DNA of 64,000 nucleotides from Thaumarchaeota archaeon UBA141 (GTDB lineage Archaea > Thermoproteota > Nitrososphaeria > Nitrososphaerales > UBA141): assembly GCA_002495315.1 (NCBI GenBank), contig DAEN01000040.1, positions 51,553 to 115,552 on the forward strand, given 5' to 3'. The position numbers and the translations under genes were made by a program. Of the stretch, positions 44,827 to 53,959 are shown piece after piece. The notes beneath the pieces were generated by a model that did not search any database, was not told the origin of the DNA, and worked only from the letters and a program-made list of their open reading frames with translations. Each line of letters begins with the position of its first letter. The first letter of the stretch is position 1.

Positions 44827-45174
44827 ATGCTCAAAGAACAACTGAAGGTTGTGACTATCACCGAAAAAGCCGCACAAAAAGTCAAAGAATTCATAATACG
44901 AGAGAATAAGATAGACTCTGGCCTTCGCGTCTACGTTGCAGGTGGAGGATGTTCTGGTCTTACCTATGGAATGGCATTAGAAGCAACTGCAAGTGATGAC
45001 GATATCATCGTAGAAGATTATGGAGTAAAACTATACATTGATCCATTTAGCTTAAAGTACCTTCAAGGTTCCACTGTCGATTACCTAGAAAGTCTAATGG
45101 GTTCCGGTTTCAAGATTGAAAACCCTAACGTGGTTTCTAGCTGTGCTTGTGGCCAATCCTTTCACACTGGCTAA
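44827..45174 (+). CDS. Iron-sulfur cluster assembly accessory protein (IscA/SufA/HesB family)
   Basis: 115 aa with GGCSGLTYGM and C-terminal SCACGQSF conserved cysteines. Confidence 0.85.
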   Translation: MLKEQLKVVTITEKAAQKVKEFIIRENKIDSGLRVYVAGGGCSGLTYGMALEATASDDDIIVEDYGVKLYIDPFSLKYLQGSTVDYLESLMGSGFKIENPNVVSSCACGQSFHTG

Positions 45175-45262
45175 ATAAGAAATTTGTAACAGGCAAAACA
45201 AGAAGACGGTCTGCAAGTGTTAGATTTTTAGCTGATATCTAATTTGTTTTTACAGGTTACTA

Positions 45263-45565
45263 CTAGATGTACCCTATATGTTTGAAGAACTCAACAATCT
45301 GAGACACGATCGGATTCTCTAGCTCTATCTGATACTTTCGTGGTTCGAATGGATATTCTTTGACCCAACCTACTCTTATCAGCGTATTTAGATCAGCTTT
45401 GACTCCTGTGGCATTTAGTCTAGTTGATTGCTGCAGCTGATATCGCGTAAATGAGTCGTGAGGGTTTCGTGTCATGGCACGTAGAATTTTCAGGCGTCCC
45501 TTGCTCCCAAGCCCATTTTCGATAGAAATGGGTAGCTGCTCCTGTCCATGTTTATCATAGATCAT
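45263..45565 (-). CDS. Small winged-helix DNA-binding protein
   Basis: 100 aa. GRLKILRAMTRNP..FTRYQLQQSTRLNATGVKADLNTLIRVGWV fits an ArsR/wHTH pattern. Its start overlaps the Orc1/Cdc6 3' end by 11 nt. Confidence 0.6.
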   Translation of the reverse strand: MIYDKHGQEQLPISIENGLGSKGRLKILRAMTRNPHDSFTRYQLQQSTRLNATGVKADLNTLIRVGWVKEYPFEPRKYQIELENPIVSQIVEFFKHIGYI

Positions 45566-46751
45566 CGATGACTTGTCTCACTTTCTTGAGAAGGTGATCG
45601 AGAAAATTACCCAGGCTCTCAGCAGAGACGCCATTGATTCCAATTTCTGTTAAGGACTTTATATCAACAATACCACGATCGTGTAGGTCTTGCAAACTCT
45701 CTTCCACATCATCTGAAGTCTTCACATGGTATTCTTCGCAGACAACTCCATAATTTCGACGTACTTCCTTCAATTTCACATAGGGTGTTTTCTTTGTCTT
45801 CAATGCTCGCACTACTGCAAACAAAGTGAGTTGACTTTGTTTAGGAAGATTGGATATATCATCTAAAGTCGCTCCGGGGAGAGTCTCTGACACGATTTTC
45901 CTAACATGCTCTGTCGTGATCTTCGACAAACCCTCATTTACGGCAAGTTCACCAGAGAAGAGCATTAGATCAAGAGCATATCGCATATCACCACCTGCCA
46001 TAGGCCCAACGGTAATGTCTGCTATGTAATCGACTATCTCAGTCGAAACCGCACCGGGTTGAAAGGCTTCATTAACACGATCTAGCAGTATTTGTCTTAT
46101 CTGTTGTGCCTCATATACTGGAAATTCGACCGGAATTCTACCCAGAGTACTCAGTTCTGCCTGATCAAGCTCACGATAAAACTCCCGAGAACGAGCTGTG
46201 AAGATCATGCCGAGAATCCCTGACGATTCACCTGGGCGGAGGAACTCATCTAGTCTAGTAAGGTCGTAAACGGTGTGGGGTTCCTTAGTATGCTTCAGAA
46301 AGTAGTCTATTTCGTCTAATATTAGGATAGCATATTCTTTCTTAGCTTGCAGTTGGTTGATGAGCTGAAGAAGTAGTTCCTCTGCTCCAAGACTGGCAGA
46401 ATAAGCCTCTGGTGCAGCTTGTTGAACGAGGTATCTGTAAAGTAATACTCTACTACTTCCATGTAGCTTGAGATTGACATAAACGATCTTCAATCCTGTG
46501 TTCTGCTTTTGTGATTCTACTTCCATGTATTCGCTAAATCTGATACAGCTGGAGGTCTTCCCCGCACCGACTGGCCCGATGACTTGAACGATCCTCATTG
46601 GACTCTTGGGTTTTGCAAGAACTTCTCTGAAGGCTTCTAGAAGGAATGTGATCTGTTTTTCCCTGTGCGGAAGAATTGGAGGTATGTAATGAGGGGATAG
46701 TCGTGTTTTATCCTTAAAGATTGGCGTCTGTGATTGTAGCAAGACGATCAT
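45555..46751 (-). CDS. cdc6: Orc1/Cdc6 replication initiator (AAA+ with a C-terminal winged helix)
   Basis: 398 aa with LPHREKQI, Walker A (GPVGAGKTS), Walker B (ILILDEIDY), sensor regions and a C-terminal wH. Confidence 0.85.
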   Translation of the reverse strand: MIVLLQSQTPIFKDKTRLSPHYIPPILPHREKQITFLLEAFREVLAKPKSPMRIVQVIGPVGAGKTSSCIRFSEYMEVESQKQNTGLKIVYVNLKLHGSSRVLLYRYLVQQAAPEAYSASLGAEELLLQLINQLQAKKEYAILILDEIDYFLKHTKEPHTVYDLTRLDEFLRPGESSGILGMIFTARSREFYRELDQAELSTLGRIPVEFPVYEAQQIRQILLDRVNEAFQPGAVSTEIVDYIADITVGPMAGGDMRYALDLMLFSGELAVNEGLSKITTEHVRKIVSETLPGATLDDISNLPKQSQLTLFAVVRALKTKKTPYVKLKEVRRNYGVVCEEYHVKTSDDVEESLQDLHDRGIVDIKSLTEIGINGVSAESLGNFLDHLLKKVRQVIDDL

Positions 46752-46813
46752 CTATAATGTTTCCGACATTTATCCATTAATAGAAGGATAGAGGGAGGGG
46801 GAGATCGCATCCT

Positions 46814-48139
46814 CTATGGATAGATTCGGGTGAGAGTTCTCGGGAAGAGGCTTGTCATACGTATGTGTTTTAGACCGCAGATCCAACGTGTTGTCCGTTC
46901 AAGTCCGATGCCAAAGCCAGAATGTGGTGGCATTCCATACTTCCTCAGATCCAAATACCACTTTAAAGATTCTGGATCTAAATTTTGTTTCAAGATTCGA
47001 TTTCGAAGAGCGTCGTAATCATGAATTCTTTGGCCTCCCGTAGCAATTTCTCCATAGCCTTCAGGGGCAATTAGGTCTGCGGATAGTGTTACCTGCCTAT
47101 TTGTGTCATCTTCGTCTTCGGCCATGTGATAAAAACTCCTGGCGCTGAGAGGATATTTAGTTATGAAGAAGGGTTTTTCAAAACTTAAGGAAACTAATCG
47201 TTCGGCCTCTGTTGGGACGTCTTCTCCCCATTCAAAACCTATCTTATGACTCTCAGCCATCTCGATAACCTCGTCATAGGAAATACGTGGGAAAGGCGTC
47301 TCAGGGGGAGAATATTTGCGGCCGAGTGTCAACAAGTCTGCTGATCTATTCTCTGCTACTTGTTGTGCTATGTATGCTACTAGGTCCTCCTGAAGAGTCA
47401 TGTTATCCTCTTGGGTGGCGAAGGCTTGTTCCGCCTCAATCATCCAAAATTCAGTAAGATGCTTCGGTGTCTTCGATTTCTCTGCGCGAAAGGCAGGTTG
47501 AAAGATGAAGACTTTCTCGAGGGCAGCTATTGCTGCCTCTTCATAGAATTGGGCACTCTGACTTAGGTGAGCTATCTTTCCAAAATAGTCTAGAGAAAAA
47601 AGGGTGGCTCCTCCTTCGACAGCAGCCTGGACTAGAGTGGGGGCGCTTATGAGCCAGAAGTCTTTCTTCCGGAAAAATTCAAAGGTCGAGTTGACTAAGG
47701 TAGACCGCACTCGCATCGTTGCTGAGGCCTTTCGTCCTCGAATCGAGAGGTGACGTAAATCATATAGAAATGAGGCCGACTTGATAGCGCTCTTTGTAAT
47801 AGGCCATTTTTCAGCGCCAGCGACAATTGTCAATTCCGTCACAGAAAGCTCCTTTCCACCAGGGGCTCGAGCGTCTTCACGCAAAAGTCCCTCTACCGCT
47901 ATAGCAGATTCCTGTGTGGCCATCTTCACGGCATCAAGAGCGGCCGGACTAGCAATTCCTTGTTTAACAGCTAGCTGGATTTGGGCTGTTCCATCCCGTA
48001 GTCTGAGAAAGACAACACTACCCATTGATGCTCTTGTGGTTACCCATCCTAAGAGACGAAGTCGATTCCCTGAATTCGATGCTAAAGCTTCTACAACGCT
48101 AGAAGTCCGCCAGCCAATCCATTTACTTCCGGTACTCAT
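46814..48139 (-). CDS. asnS: Asparagine--tRNA ligase (class IIb)
   Basis: The C-terminal EGYGEIATGGQRIHDYD...WYLDLRKYGMPPHSGFGIGLER...FPRTLTRIYP resembles AsnRS more than archaeal AspRS. The likely ATG is at 48139; the track ORF runs to GTG 48190. Confidence 0.75.
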   Translation of the reverse strand: MSTGSKWIGWRTSSVVEALASNSGNRLRLLGWVTTRASMGSVVFLRLRDGTAQIQLAVKQGIASPAALDAVKMATQESAIAVEGLLREDARAPGGKELSVTELTIVAGAEKWPITKSAIKSASFLYDLRHLSIRGRKASATMRVRSTLVNSTFEFFRKKDFWLISAPTLVQAAVEGGATLFSLDYFGKIAHLSQSAQFYEEAAIAALEKVFIFQPAFRAEKSKTPKHLTEFWMIEAEQAFATQEDNMTLQEDLVAYIAQQVAENRSADLLTLGRKYSPPETPFPRISYDEVIEMAESHKIGFEWGEDVPTEAERLVSLSFEKPFFITKYPLSARSFYHMAEDEDDTNRQVTLSADLIAPEGYGEIATGGQRIHDYDALRNRILKQNLDPESLKWYLDLRKYGMPPHSGFGIGLERTTRWICGLKHIRMTSLFPRTLTRIYP

Positions 48140-48278
48140 AATCAGTTGTTGTAGAGTTGGTGTTAAAAAAACGAGTGGATGAAAATTCACTTCAGAATTC
48201 TTACACGTTCAGATAATGACTTCCGTTCTATTGATTATTTCCCTTGTGATCCTAATTCTTCGACGAGTTGGGTTCCTC

Positions 48279-48953
48279 TTAGTGTGAGTTCTTCATCACC
48301 ACGGGGCCTCTTGGTGAAGTCTCCCCGAAGATCTCCGCCTGAAACCTGTAGATCTTAGCATCACCTAACAACCAGGAATTGGAAGGAGCACCTGCTTTCA
48401 TGCAAACATTAGATAGGAATTCCTCTGGACCCCAGTCATATTCCACAGAGACTTGTGGTAAGAGGATACCAGAGAGTCCTCGCCAATGGAATACAAGGCC
48501 ATCCCTTCCCACTCTGATGGCGTTTAGATAATCCTTCGGTGACTTCACATTTACGAGCGAAAAGGTGCTTAGGATACTAATTTCTAGGACAATTTCTTCT
48601 AGCTCTTTAGCTAAGAGAGGGGGAAACCGCGGATCACGACTAGACGCGGCAACAGCCATCTCAATTACTGTGTCGACCAGAGGACTTTCAGTCTCACATA
48701 CTCCAATACAACCTCTTAGCTCCTTATTCTCACCATTCTGAAATTTGTTGATAGTGACGAACGCAGCAGCAGGTTCGACCAATGTACTCGATAAAGGACT
48801 TGGGCGTTCTATGAGTTCTCCATTCTTTAGATATGATTCTATAGCCCTTCGTGCTGTTCTTATAAGAAAACCTGCGTCACTAAGTAATAGAGGCAAAACG
48901 TATCCGCCCAGATACGTTAATGCAGATTCAATCTCGCTTAAGCCTTTCCTCAA
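48279..48953 (-). CDS. AMMECR1 domain protein
   Basis: 224 aa with the LRGCIG motif and flanking AMMECR1 pattern. An alternative TTG start at 48896 would remove the overlap with the upstream gene. Confidence 0.8.
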   Translation of the reverse strand: MRKGLSEIESALTYLGGYVLPLLLSDAGFLIRTARRAIESYLKNGELIERPSPLSSTLVEPAAAFVTINKFQNGENKELRGCIGVCETESPLVDTVIEMAVAASSRDPRFPPLLAKELEEIVLEISILSTFSLVNVKSPKDYLNAIRVGRDGLVFHWRGLSGILLPQVSVEYDWGPEEFLSNVCMKAGAPSNSWLLGDAKIYRFQAEIFGETSPRGPVVMKNSH

Positions 48954-49419
48954 TGTTTTTTGCCTGTTTCAATATTCTGTTCCAATGACTTCCCAGCCAG
49001 TATACTTTATCACAGGGAGAACAGCTGTAGAATTCTTGATGGCTATTGAGTATTCCATGTGGAACCTTCTTTGGTAAGTCTTGTCTATTAGCAGCAACAA
49101 GATAGCCGTTGCACTTTGGACAACGAGATTTCGCATGATCTAGTTGAACTTCTTCCATCTGCAGCTCGGTGAATATGGCTATGAGCCGATCTTCGTCAGT
49201 ATTTTCCTGAACCAATATGGAGTTAATCCCTCTCTTCTTAGCTATTCCGAAGAGGTCGCGGTCCGCGGTCAGTAACACTCGTTTTTCTTTTCGAACAAGA
49301 TCTAGCAACAGCTGGTCATCGGTGGTTGTATCATAGAGAACATTAAAGCCCCAGATGCGTAGCTTTCTAGCTAGGCTACCAAGCATTCCATCTGCAAAAA
49401 ATGTAATATTTTCGGTCAT
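48928..49419 (-). CDS. Mut7-C/PIN-like RNase domain protein (DUF82) with a C-terminal zinc ribbon
   Basis: 163 aa. FFADGMLGSLARKLRIWGF is the family N-terminus, followed by LTADRDL and CPKCNG...CSPCDKVYW. Confidence 0.7.
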   Translation of the reverse strand: MTENITFFADGMLGSLARKLRIWGFNVLYDTTTDDQLLLDLVRKEKRVLLTADRDLFGIAKKRGINSILVQENTDEDRLIAIFTELQMEEVQLDHAKSRCPKCNGYLVAANRQDLPKKVPHGILNSHQEFYSCSPCDKVYWLGSHWNRILKQAKNIEERLKRD

Positions 49420-49607
49420 AGGATTCCAAGCCTTGTTTAAGAAAGAAATAGCGGTTTGGAAGTCGTCAGCGAATTCGTGTAATTGTTTTCCTTTGAAGAA
49501 TTGACACAGCGCTCATGGCAAAAGATATAGCTTTCCAAATTTGAGATACGAAGTAATGATAGACTCAAGTCATCGCTTTACAAAAAAAACACTTGTTAAG
49601 CCATTGT

Positions 49608-51059
49608 TTAAGCCGAGGTGGCATTTTCCATCTTTTTCATTAGTCCTTTTTGCCATTCAGGAAATCCTCTAGGAGTTTCCGGATAGTCTAGATTATGTTG
49701 AATGAGCGTTTCGCTTTTCTTGGCAGTATCTCGAAGTCCAGAAGCTAGCTTCGAAGCTTTCATTATTCGAAACCACATCATGGGGTTAAAGAACCGGGTG
49801 CGCTGGAATTTCGGGTGTTTTCGTTCTGTTATGTCTGCTATGTCATCTTGTGTAAGGAAGTGCTTCATTCCATAGTTAATCTCACTATTCGTGATCGTTT
49901 GAAGATAAGCGCGAAGGACCTGGAAGCTAGCCATTTGATAGCCATAAGTTTTCATGTATTCAACGTTATAGGGCCAAAGAGATTTTTCACTCATGTCATT
50001 AGTCTCCAGAGCTCCAGCGACAGTTTTGCCTAGAATTACGCTAGCATAAAGACCTGGACCCATCCCTCCTGCATCTATTGGCCTCGGCATCCAAGCTGCG
50101 TCGCCTATCACTGCGTATCCATTCGTAACCATACAATCATTTTGTCGTCGAACCGGCACCTGCCAACTACCTTTTGAGTTACCTTCGTCATCGGCATCAT
50201 CTGAGAGAACGCATCTTTGGATTGTCCGGTTTTGTGTAACGTACGCATCTATGAGGCTTTGCAGGTTGTCATTAAGGCCGTATCTTTGATTTCTGCGTGC
50301 TAAAGCAGATTTCTGTACGCCTAATCCAATATTTACCTTGTTCTTACCCTTAGGAAAGGTCCAGGAATAGCCACCAGGGGCAAGATATTGGTCAAGGTGT
50401 ATTAGGCAATAATCTGGATCAAAATAGCTCCTATCGTTACCCTCCTGGCTGAACTTGTAGATGTATCTACCAGTAGCTTCTACGTCGTCCCGATCAATTT
50501 CTCTTTGGATCTTGGAATTTATTGAAAGGCTAGTACGAAGCTTCGATGCGGAGCCAGTAGCATCAATAATCATTTTTGCTCCTAATTTGAAGACGGATTT
50601 GTCAGTAAGGTATCGACCAACGACGCCAATAACAGCACCATCTTCGACCAAGAGACGGTCCAGGGATACGTTGAACTGGAAGCTGACGCCCAATTTCTTT
50701 GCATCACGAATCTGTCGCTGGGGTAGAATTTTTCGATTAAGGAGATAACCTTCTCCATCAAATAAGACTGAAGTCTTGTGATCAGGTGAAAATACCAAGA
50801 CGCCTTTCACCGGATGTTCTAGTTCTGGTGAACCATAGTGTATCCCCAAATGCTTGGCGACGTAGTCAATACTTCTCTTACTTACTGCATCACCACAGGT
50901 CCATCCATTGATTGTCTTCTTCCCTGCATCTTGCTCGGAATTCCGATCCACAACAAGTATGCGTGCTCTCTGGTTAGAATAGACAGCAACTGCTGCAGCT
51001 GTGATGAGGCCTACTAGACCCCCACCTGCAATTATGACATCAAAATCTTTAGTCAACAA
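49608..51059 (-). CDS. Geranylgeranyl reductase-family FAD-dependent oxidoreductase
   Basis: 483 aa. FDVIIAGGGLVGL is the FAD-binding motif, with IIDATGSAS and GDAAW motifs later. The start is TTG. Confidence 0.75.
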   Translation of the reverse strand: MLTKDFDVIIAGGGLVGLITAAAVAVYSNQRARILVVDRNSEQDAGKKTINGWTCGDAVSKRSIDYVAKHLGIHYGSPELEHPVKGVLVFSPDHKTSVLFDGEGYLLNRKILPQRQIRDAKKLGVSFQFNVSLDRLLVEDGAVIGVVGRYLTDKSVFKLGAKMIIDATGSASKLRTSLSINSKIQREIDRDDVEATGRYIYKFSQEGNDRSYFDPDYCLIHLDQYLAPGGYSWTFPKGKNKVNIGLGVQKSALARRNQRYGLNDNLQSLIDAYVTQNRTIQRCVLSDDADDEGNSKGSWQVPVRRQNDCMVTNGYAVIGDAAWMPRPIDAGGMGPGLYASVILGKTVAGALETNDMSEKSLWPYNVEYMKTYGYQMASFQVLRAYLQTITNSEINYGMKHFLTQDDIADITERKHPKFQRTRFFNPMMWFRIMKASKLASGLRDTAKKSETLIQHNLDYPETPRGFPEWQKGLMKKMENATSA

Positions 51060-51210
51060 TAATTCTACTCACCTTGAGCTCCAAGCGAAGGGCAATCATG
51101 AATCTTATTATTCAGCATTCTCAGATTAGTCCTGAGTACCGAAATGTTTTCTTTGGGAGAAAAAATGAATTAATAGAAATATCGAGTCAATCATGTCTTA
51201 TTGATCGGAT

Positions 51211-51513
51211 CTAGACTCCTTCCGAGATCTTTGATATCTCGACTTGCACGCGGTCTCCTATCCTCAGTCCTGAGTCTTCATATTCTCTCATATCCAGCTT
51301 AACTACTGTGGTAAATCCTTGTGTGATTTGTCCTCCAAAGCTCTTGGTGATCCCCTTGACCAACTCATCAAGAGAACCAGCACCCATAACAACGGGTTGG
51401 TTTCGCGGACGATAAGATTCCTTCATATCTCTTGGGTCAACAAAAGTTACAAGTACATAGGGGCCACTGTCGGGCGCTGCCGAGATCTCCTTAACAACAA
51501 ATTCCTTTCTCAA
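51211..51513 (-). CDS. Hypothetical protein (100 aa)
   Basis: Clean ORF with a TTG start and no recognisable motif. Confidence 0.4.
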   Translation of the reverse strand: MRKEFVVKEISAAPDSGPYVLVTFVDPRDMKESYRPRNQPVVMGAGSLDELVKGITKSFGGQITQGFTTVVKLDMREYEDSGLRIGDRVQVEISKISEGV

Positions 51514-51642
51514 TGACGTTCGACTGTACGAAAAGAGACTGCTTTAAGAGGATTCCCAATAGCATGGCCGAAGGGTTTAGCTCTGCTAATACTAACTTCG
51601 CAAAGACTCTTTACGGGGTAGAGGTTTTTCCTATTTCCGTCT

Positions 51643-51745
51643 GCGGGGGTTGCCAAGCCAGGTCAAAGGCGCGAGGCTCAGGTGCTCAGTTTGCTAAGTC
51701 ACCTCGTCTCTTAGGGGTCCGTGGGTTCAAATCCCACCCCCCGCA
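51643..51745 (+). tRNA. tRNA-Leu(CAG), class II, with an 18-nt canonical (37/38) intron
   Basis: Acceptor is GCGGGGG/CCCCCGC and the anticodon arm is CGAGG-CUCAGG[UGCUCAGUUUGCUAAGUC]A-CCUCG. There is a long variable arm and a T arm GUGGG-UUCAAAU-CCCAC. No CCA is encoded. Confidence 0.85.
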
Positions 51746-51766
51746 CTGTAACGTTGGTGATAGAAG

Positions 51767-52525
51767 TTGATTCCGACTAACGCTAAACGAGGAAAGCCTG
51801 ATGTACTTCTCTTACCTATCTATGAACTAGAAGCTCTTCGAAATTCTCAGCTACTTCAGAAATATGAATCCCCTGAGGCAAAATACCTTGACAAGAACAC
51901 AGATGACGCGGAGGGATATTACTACAGATATTGCTCGGAAATCTATGTACTCGCATTCAATTCGAACGTAATCCAACGAAAAGATGTTCCCGGGCGGTAC
52001 AGAAATCTTTTACTTGGCAAATGGCAATCAAAGTTAGCACATCTAGATCCTCGATGCGACGAAGGCGCTATGTGGTTTGCTACAATGGCTCCTATTCTTG
52101 GAGAATCGTTTTTACGTGAGTTAGTGGGACAGAATCTTCTTCTTAGTCCAAATCAGGCAGAGCTCTTGAGCTCCGTCTCAACCGGCGATCGTCCATTGGG
52201 TATTGTTGCGAACCTTCGGAAGGTCTTCACTGCGAAGGCACAGGGCAACCCAATTGATTTCATGATGATTTCACCTGTATATACAGTTCCACTGGGCGTG
52301 GCTATTGTAAAAGATGCATCTAGTCCCAATTCAGCGAAGTTATGGGTCAACTTTGTCCTTTCAGAGGAAGGACAGAAGCTTCTGGCCTCTAACGGTTGGA
52401 TACCAAGTAGGCGCGATATACCTTCTAAATTGAAATTGGAAGAGACAGAACTTATCAACTGCATATCTAGCGTGGACATTGGCAGTGCCCGAAAAGAAGC
52501 AGCTCGACTATACAGACTTGAATAG
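51767..52525 (+). pseudogene. 5'-truncated ABC-transporter periplasmic solute-binding protein gene (family 1 SBP fragment)
   Basis: The reading frame opens 22 nt after tRNA-Leu. Its product begins mid-domain (..KPDVLLLPIYELEALRNSQLLQKYESP..) and lacks a signal peptide and about the first 60-80 aa. No permease or ATPase genes are adjacent. Confidence 0.55.
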
Positions 52526-52630
52526 ATCTTCTCCTCTGAGACCAGAGGATTATCTAGACTCATTTTTGACTAGTTCTTTGACATAAGGCTTAATTGGTTC
52601 CAAAATACTCAAAGATTAAGAGCTAAACGA

Positions 52631-53746
52631 ATGCTTCTTCAGATTGGCCTGGTTGATAACCTCGCGAGTAATCCAATCATCACTATGGTGATCTTTTATC
52701 TCCCCTTCATCGGTCTCATGCTTTACGGACAGAAATTCCAATCATGGATGATTCTTACTGAGGTAGCTAGGTCGCTCAATCGAATGAAGGCGATGAAGGA
52801 ACGAGGTCGACAAGAGATGATAGATTATGTCAACCAAGTTGCAAAGCCAGCGACCGACCCGAGCGAGAGACTCGATCAAATGTTGGAGCATTTCACCATC
52901 CTTCCAGTTGATTTAGACCCATCGGGAATAGTGAAAAAAATGGAACACATACTCACAGTGCGAGATGAACGGGTAAAAGCCGAGACGAAGCGACTGGCTC
53001 CAATAGATGACCCGGTAAAGATGAGCGCGGCGGAAAACATCATGGAAGTCGCTACCGTACTAAATTTGATGTACAAGATCATTCGTCACTTCTACCTTCT
53101 TGGGAAGCGAAATGGAAGTCTCTATGTTGTCATTCAGCTTCAGATGATAATGCCAATTCTACTTCAGGAAGCAGACGCTCTCATAAATGCTCTCAATGCG
53201 CTCAAGAAGGTTCAACCACTTGGAGACGGGGTCGGAGCTATGGTAGCTGGAAAACTTATGCTGGAGAAGGAAAAGAAGATAATTGCCAAAGATACCGTCC
53301 TAGCTGAGACCGAATATCACGGGCGCCAGCTCTATCTGATAAAGGCGGAGGGACCAGGAGGCATGGTAGGAAGGCCGGGCGAGGCGGTGGAGAAGCTCGT
53401 AACTGAAGTGAGTAAGCCGATAAACGCGATATTCATGATTGACGCTGCTTTGAAGTTGGAGGGAGAGACGACAGGAGATATTGCAGAAGGTATTGGAGCA
53501 GCCATTGGAGGGATTGGTGTAGATCGGTTCCGTATTGAGGAAGTAGCATCAGGGCACAATATCCCGCTTTACGCCATCGTTGTAAAAGAATCACTCATCG
53601 AAGCGATTTCTGTTATGAAGAAAGAAATTGCAGAGACCGCAGATAAGGTTCTTGTAATCGTTGACAAACTGATCGAGGAGAGGACGAACAAGGGCGATAG
53701 GGTACTTTTGGTGGGAGTAGGCAATACTCTGGGGATTGGACAATAG
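52631..53746 (+). CDS. Conserved archaeal membrane-anchored protein (DUF1512-like)
   Basis: 371 aa with an N-terminal TM, a long helical region and a Gly-rich C-terminal domain (GPGGMVGRPGEAV...EGIGAAIGGIGVDR). The family assignment is from memory only. Confidence 0.5.
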   Translation: MLLQIGLVDNLASNPIITMVIFYLPFIGLMLYGQKFQSWMILTEVARSLNRMKAMKERGRQEMIDYVNQVAKPATDPSERLDQMLEHFTILPVDLDPSGIVKKMEHILTVRDERVKAETKRLAPIDDPVKMSAAENIMEVATVLNLMYKIIRHFYLLGKRNGSLYVVIQLQMIMPILLQEADALINALNALKKVQPLGDGVGAMVAGKLMLEKEKKIIAKDTVLAETEYHGRQLYLIKAEGPGGMVGRPGEAVEKLVTEVSKPINAIFMIDAALKLEGETTGDIAEGIGAAIGGIGVDRFRIEEVASGHNIPLYAIVVKESLIEAISVMKKEIAETADKVLVIVDKLIEERTNKGDRVLLVGVGNTLGIGQ

Positions 53747-53749
53747 ACA

Positions 53750-53959
53750 ATGTCTCTGCCCATACTTCCTTCTATAGGAAGCCGCGAAGGTAAGATGACC
53801 GTCTTCACTATCGAAGAATGTGAAAAATGTTCGTTAAAGACCAAACGGCCGTTTGAGGATGGTGACTATGTTTTCAAAGACGGTGGAGCATGTTCGCATT
53901 GCAAAAGTCCCCATACAAGAATTAGTTCAGTGCACGCTGAGCATGTTCGGCGATCTTAA
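53750..53959 (+). CDS. Small zinc-ribbon protein
   Basis: CEKCS-N22-CSHCKS. The start is ATG 53750 (3 nt after the upstream stop) or ATG 53795 (MTVFTIEEC..). Confidence 0.45.
   Translation: MSLPILPSIGSREGKMTVFTIEECEKCSLKTKRPFEDGDYVFKDGGACSHCKSPHTRISSVHAEHVRRS

Noticed and set aside
46752-46813. Replication origin immediately upstream of Orc1/Cdc6
   Set aside because: Only 62 bp of spacer is available. It holds a single weak ORB-like segment, with no repeated or inverted ORB copies and no AT-rich unwinding element. I cannot support an oriC call from this window alone.
6278-48182. Numerous antisense or shadow ORFs inside long conserved genes. Examples are 6278..6523, 7118..7477, 7921..8259, 15816..16286, 25237..25728, 40828..41175 and 47781..48182.
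   Set aside because: They lie opposite strongly supported CDSs (gcvPB, gcvPA, ask, malic enzyme, ThDP enzyme, asnS). Their low-complexity Ser/Arg/Pro-rich translations are typical of antisense frames.
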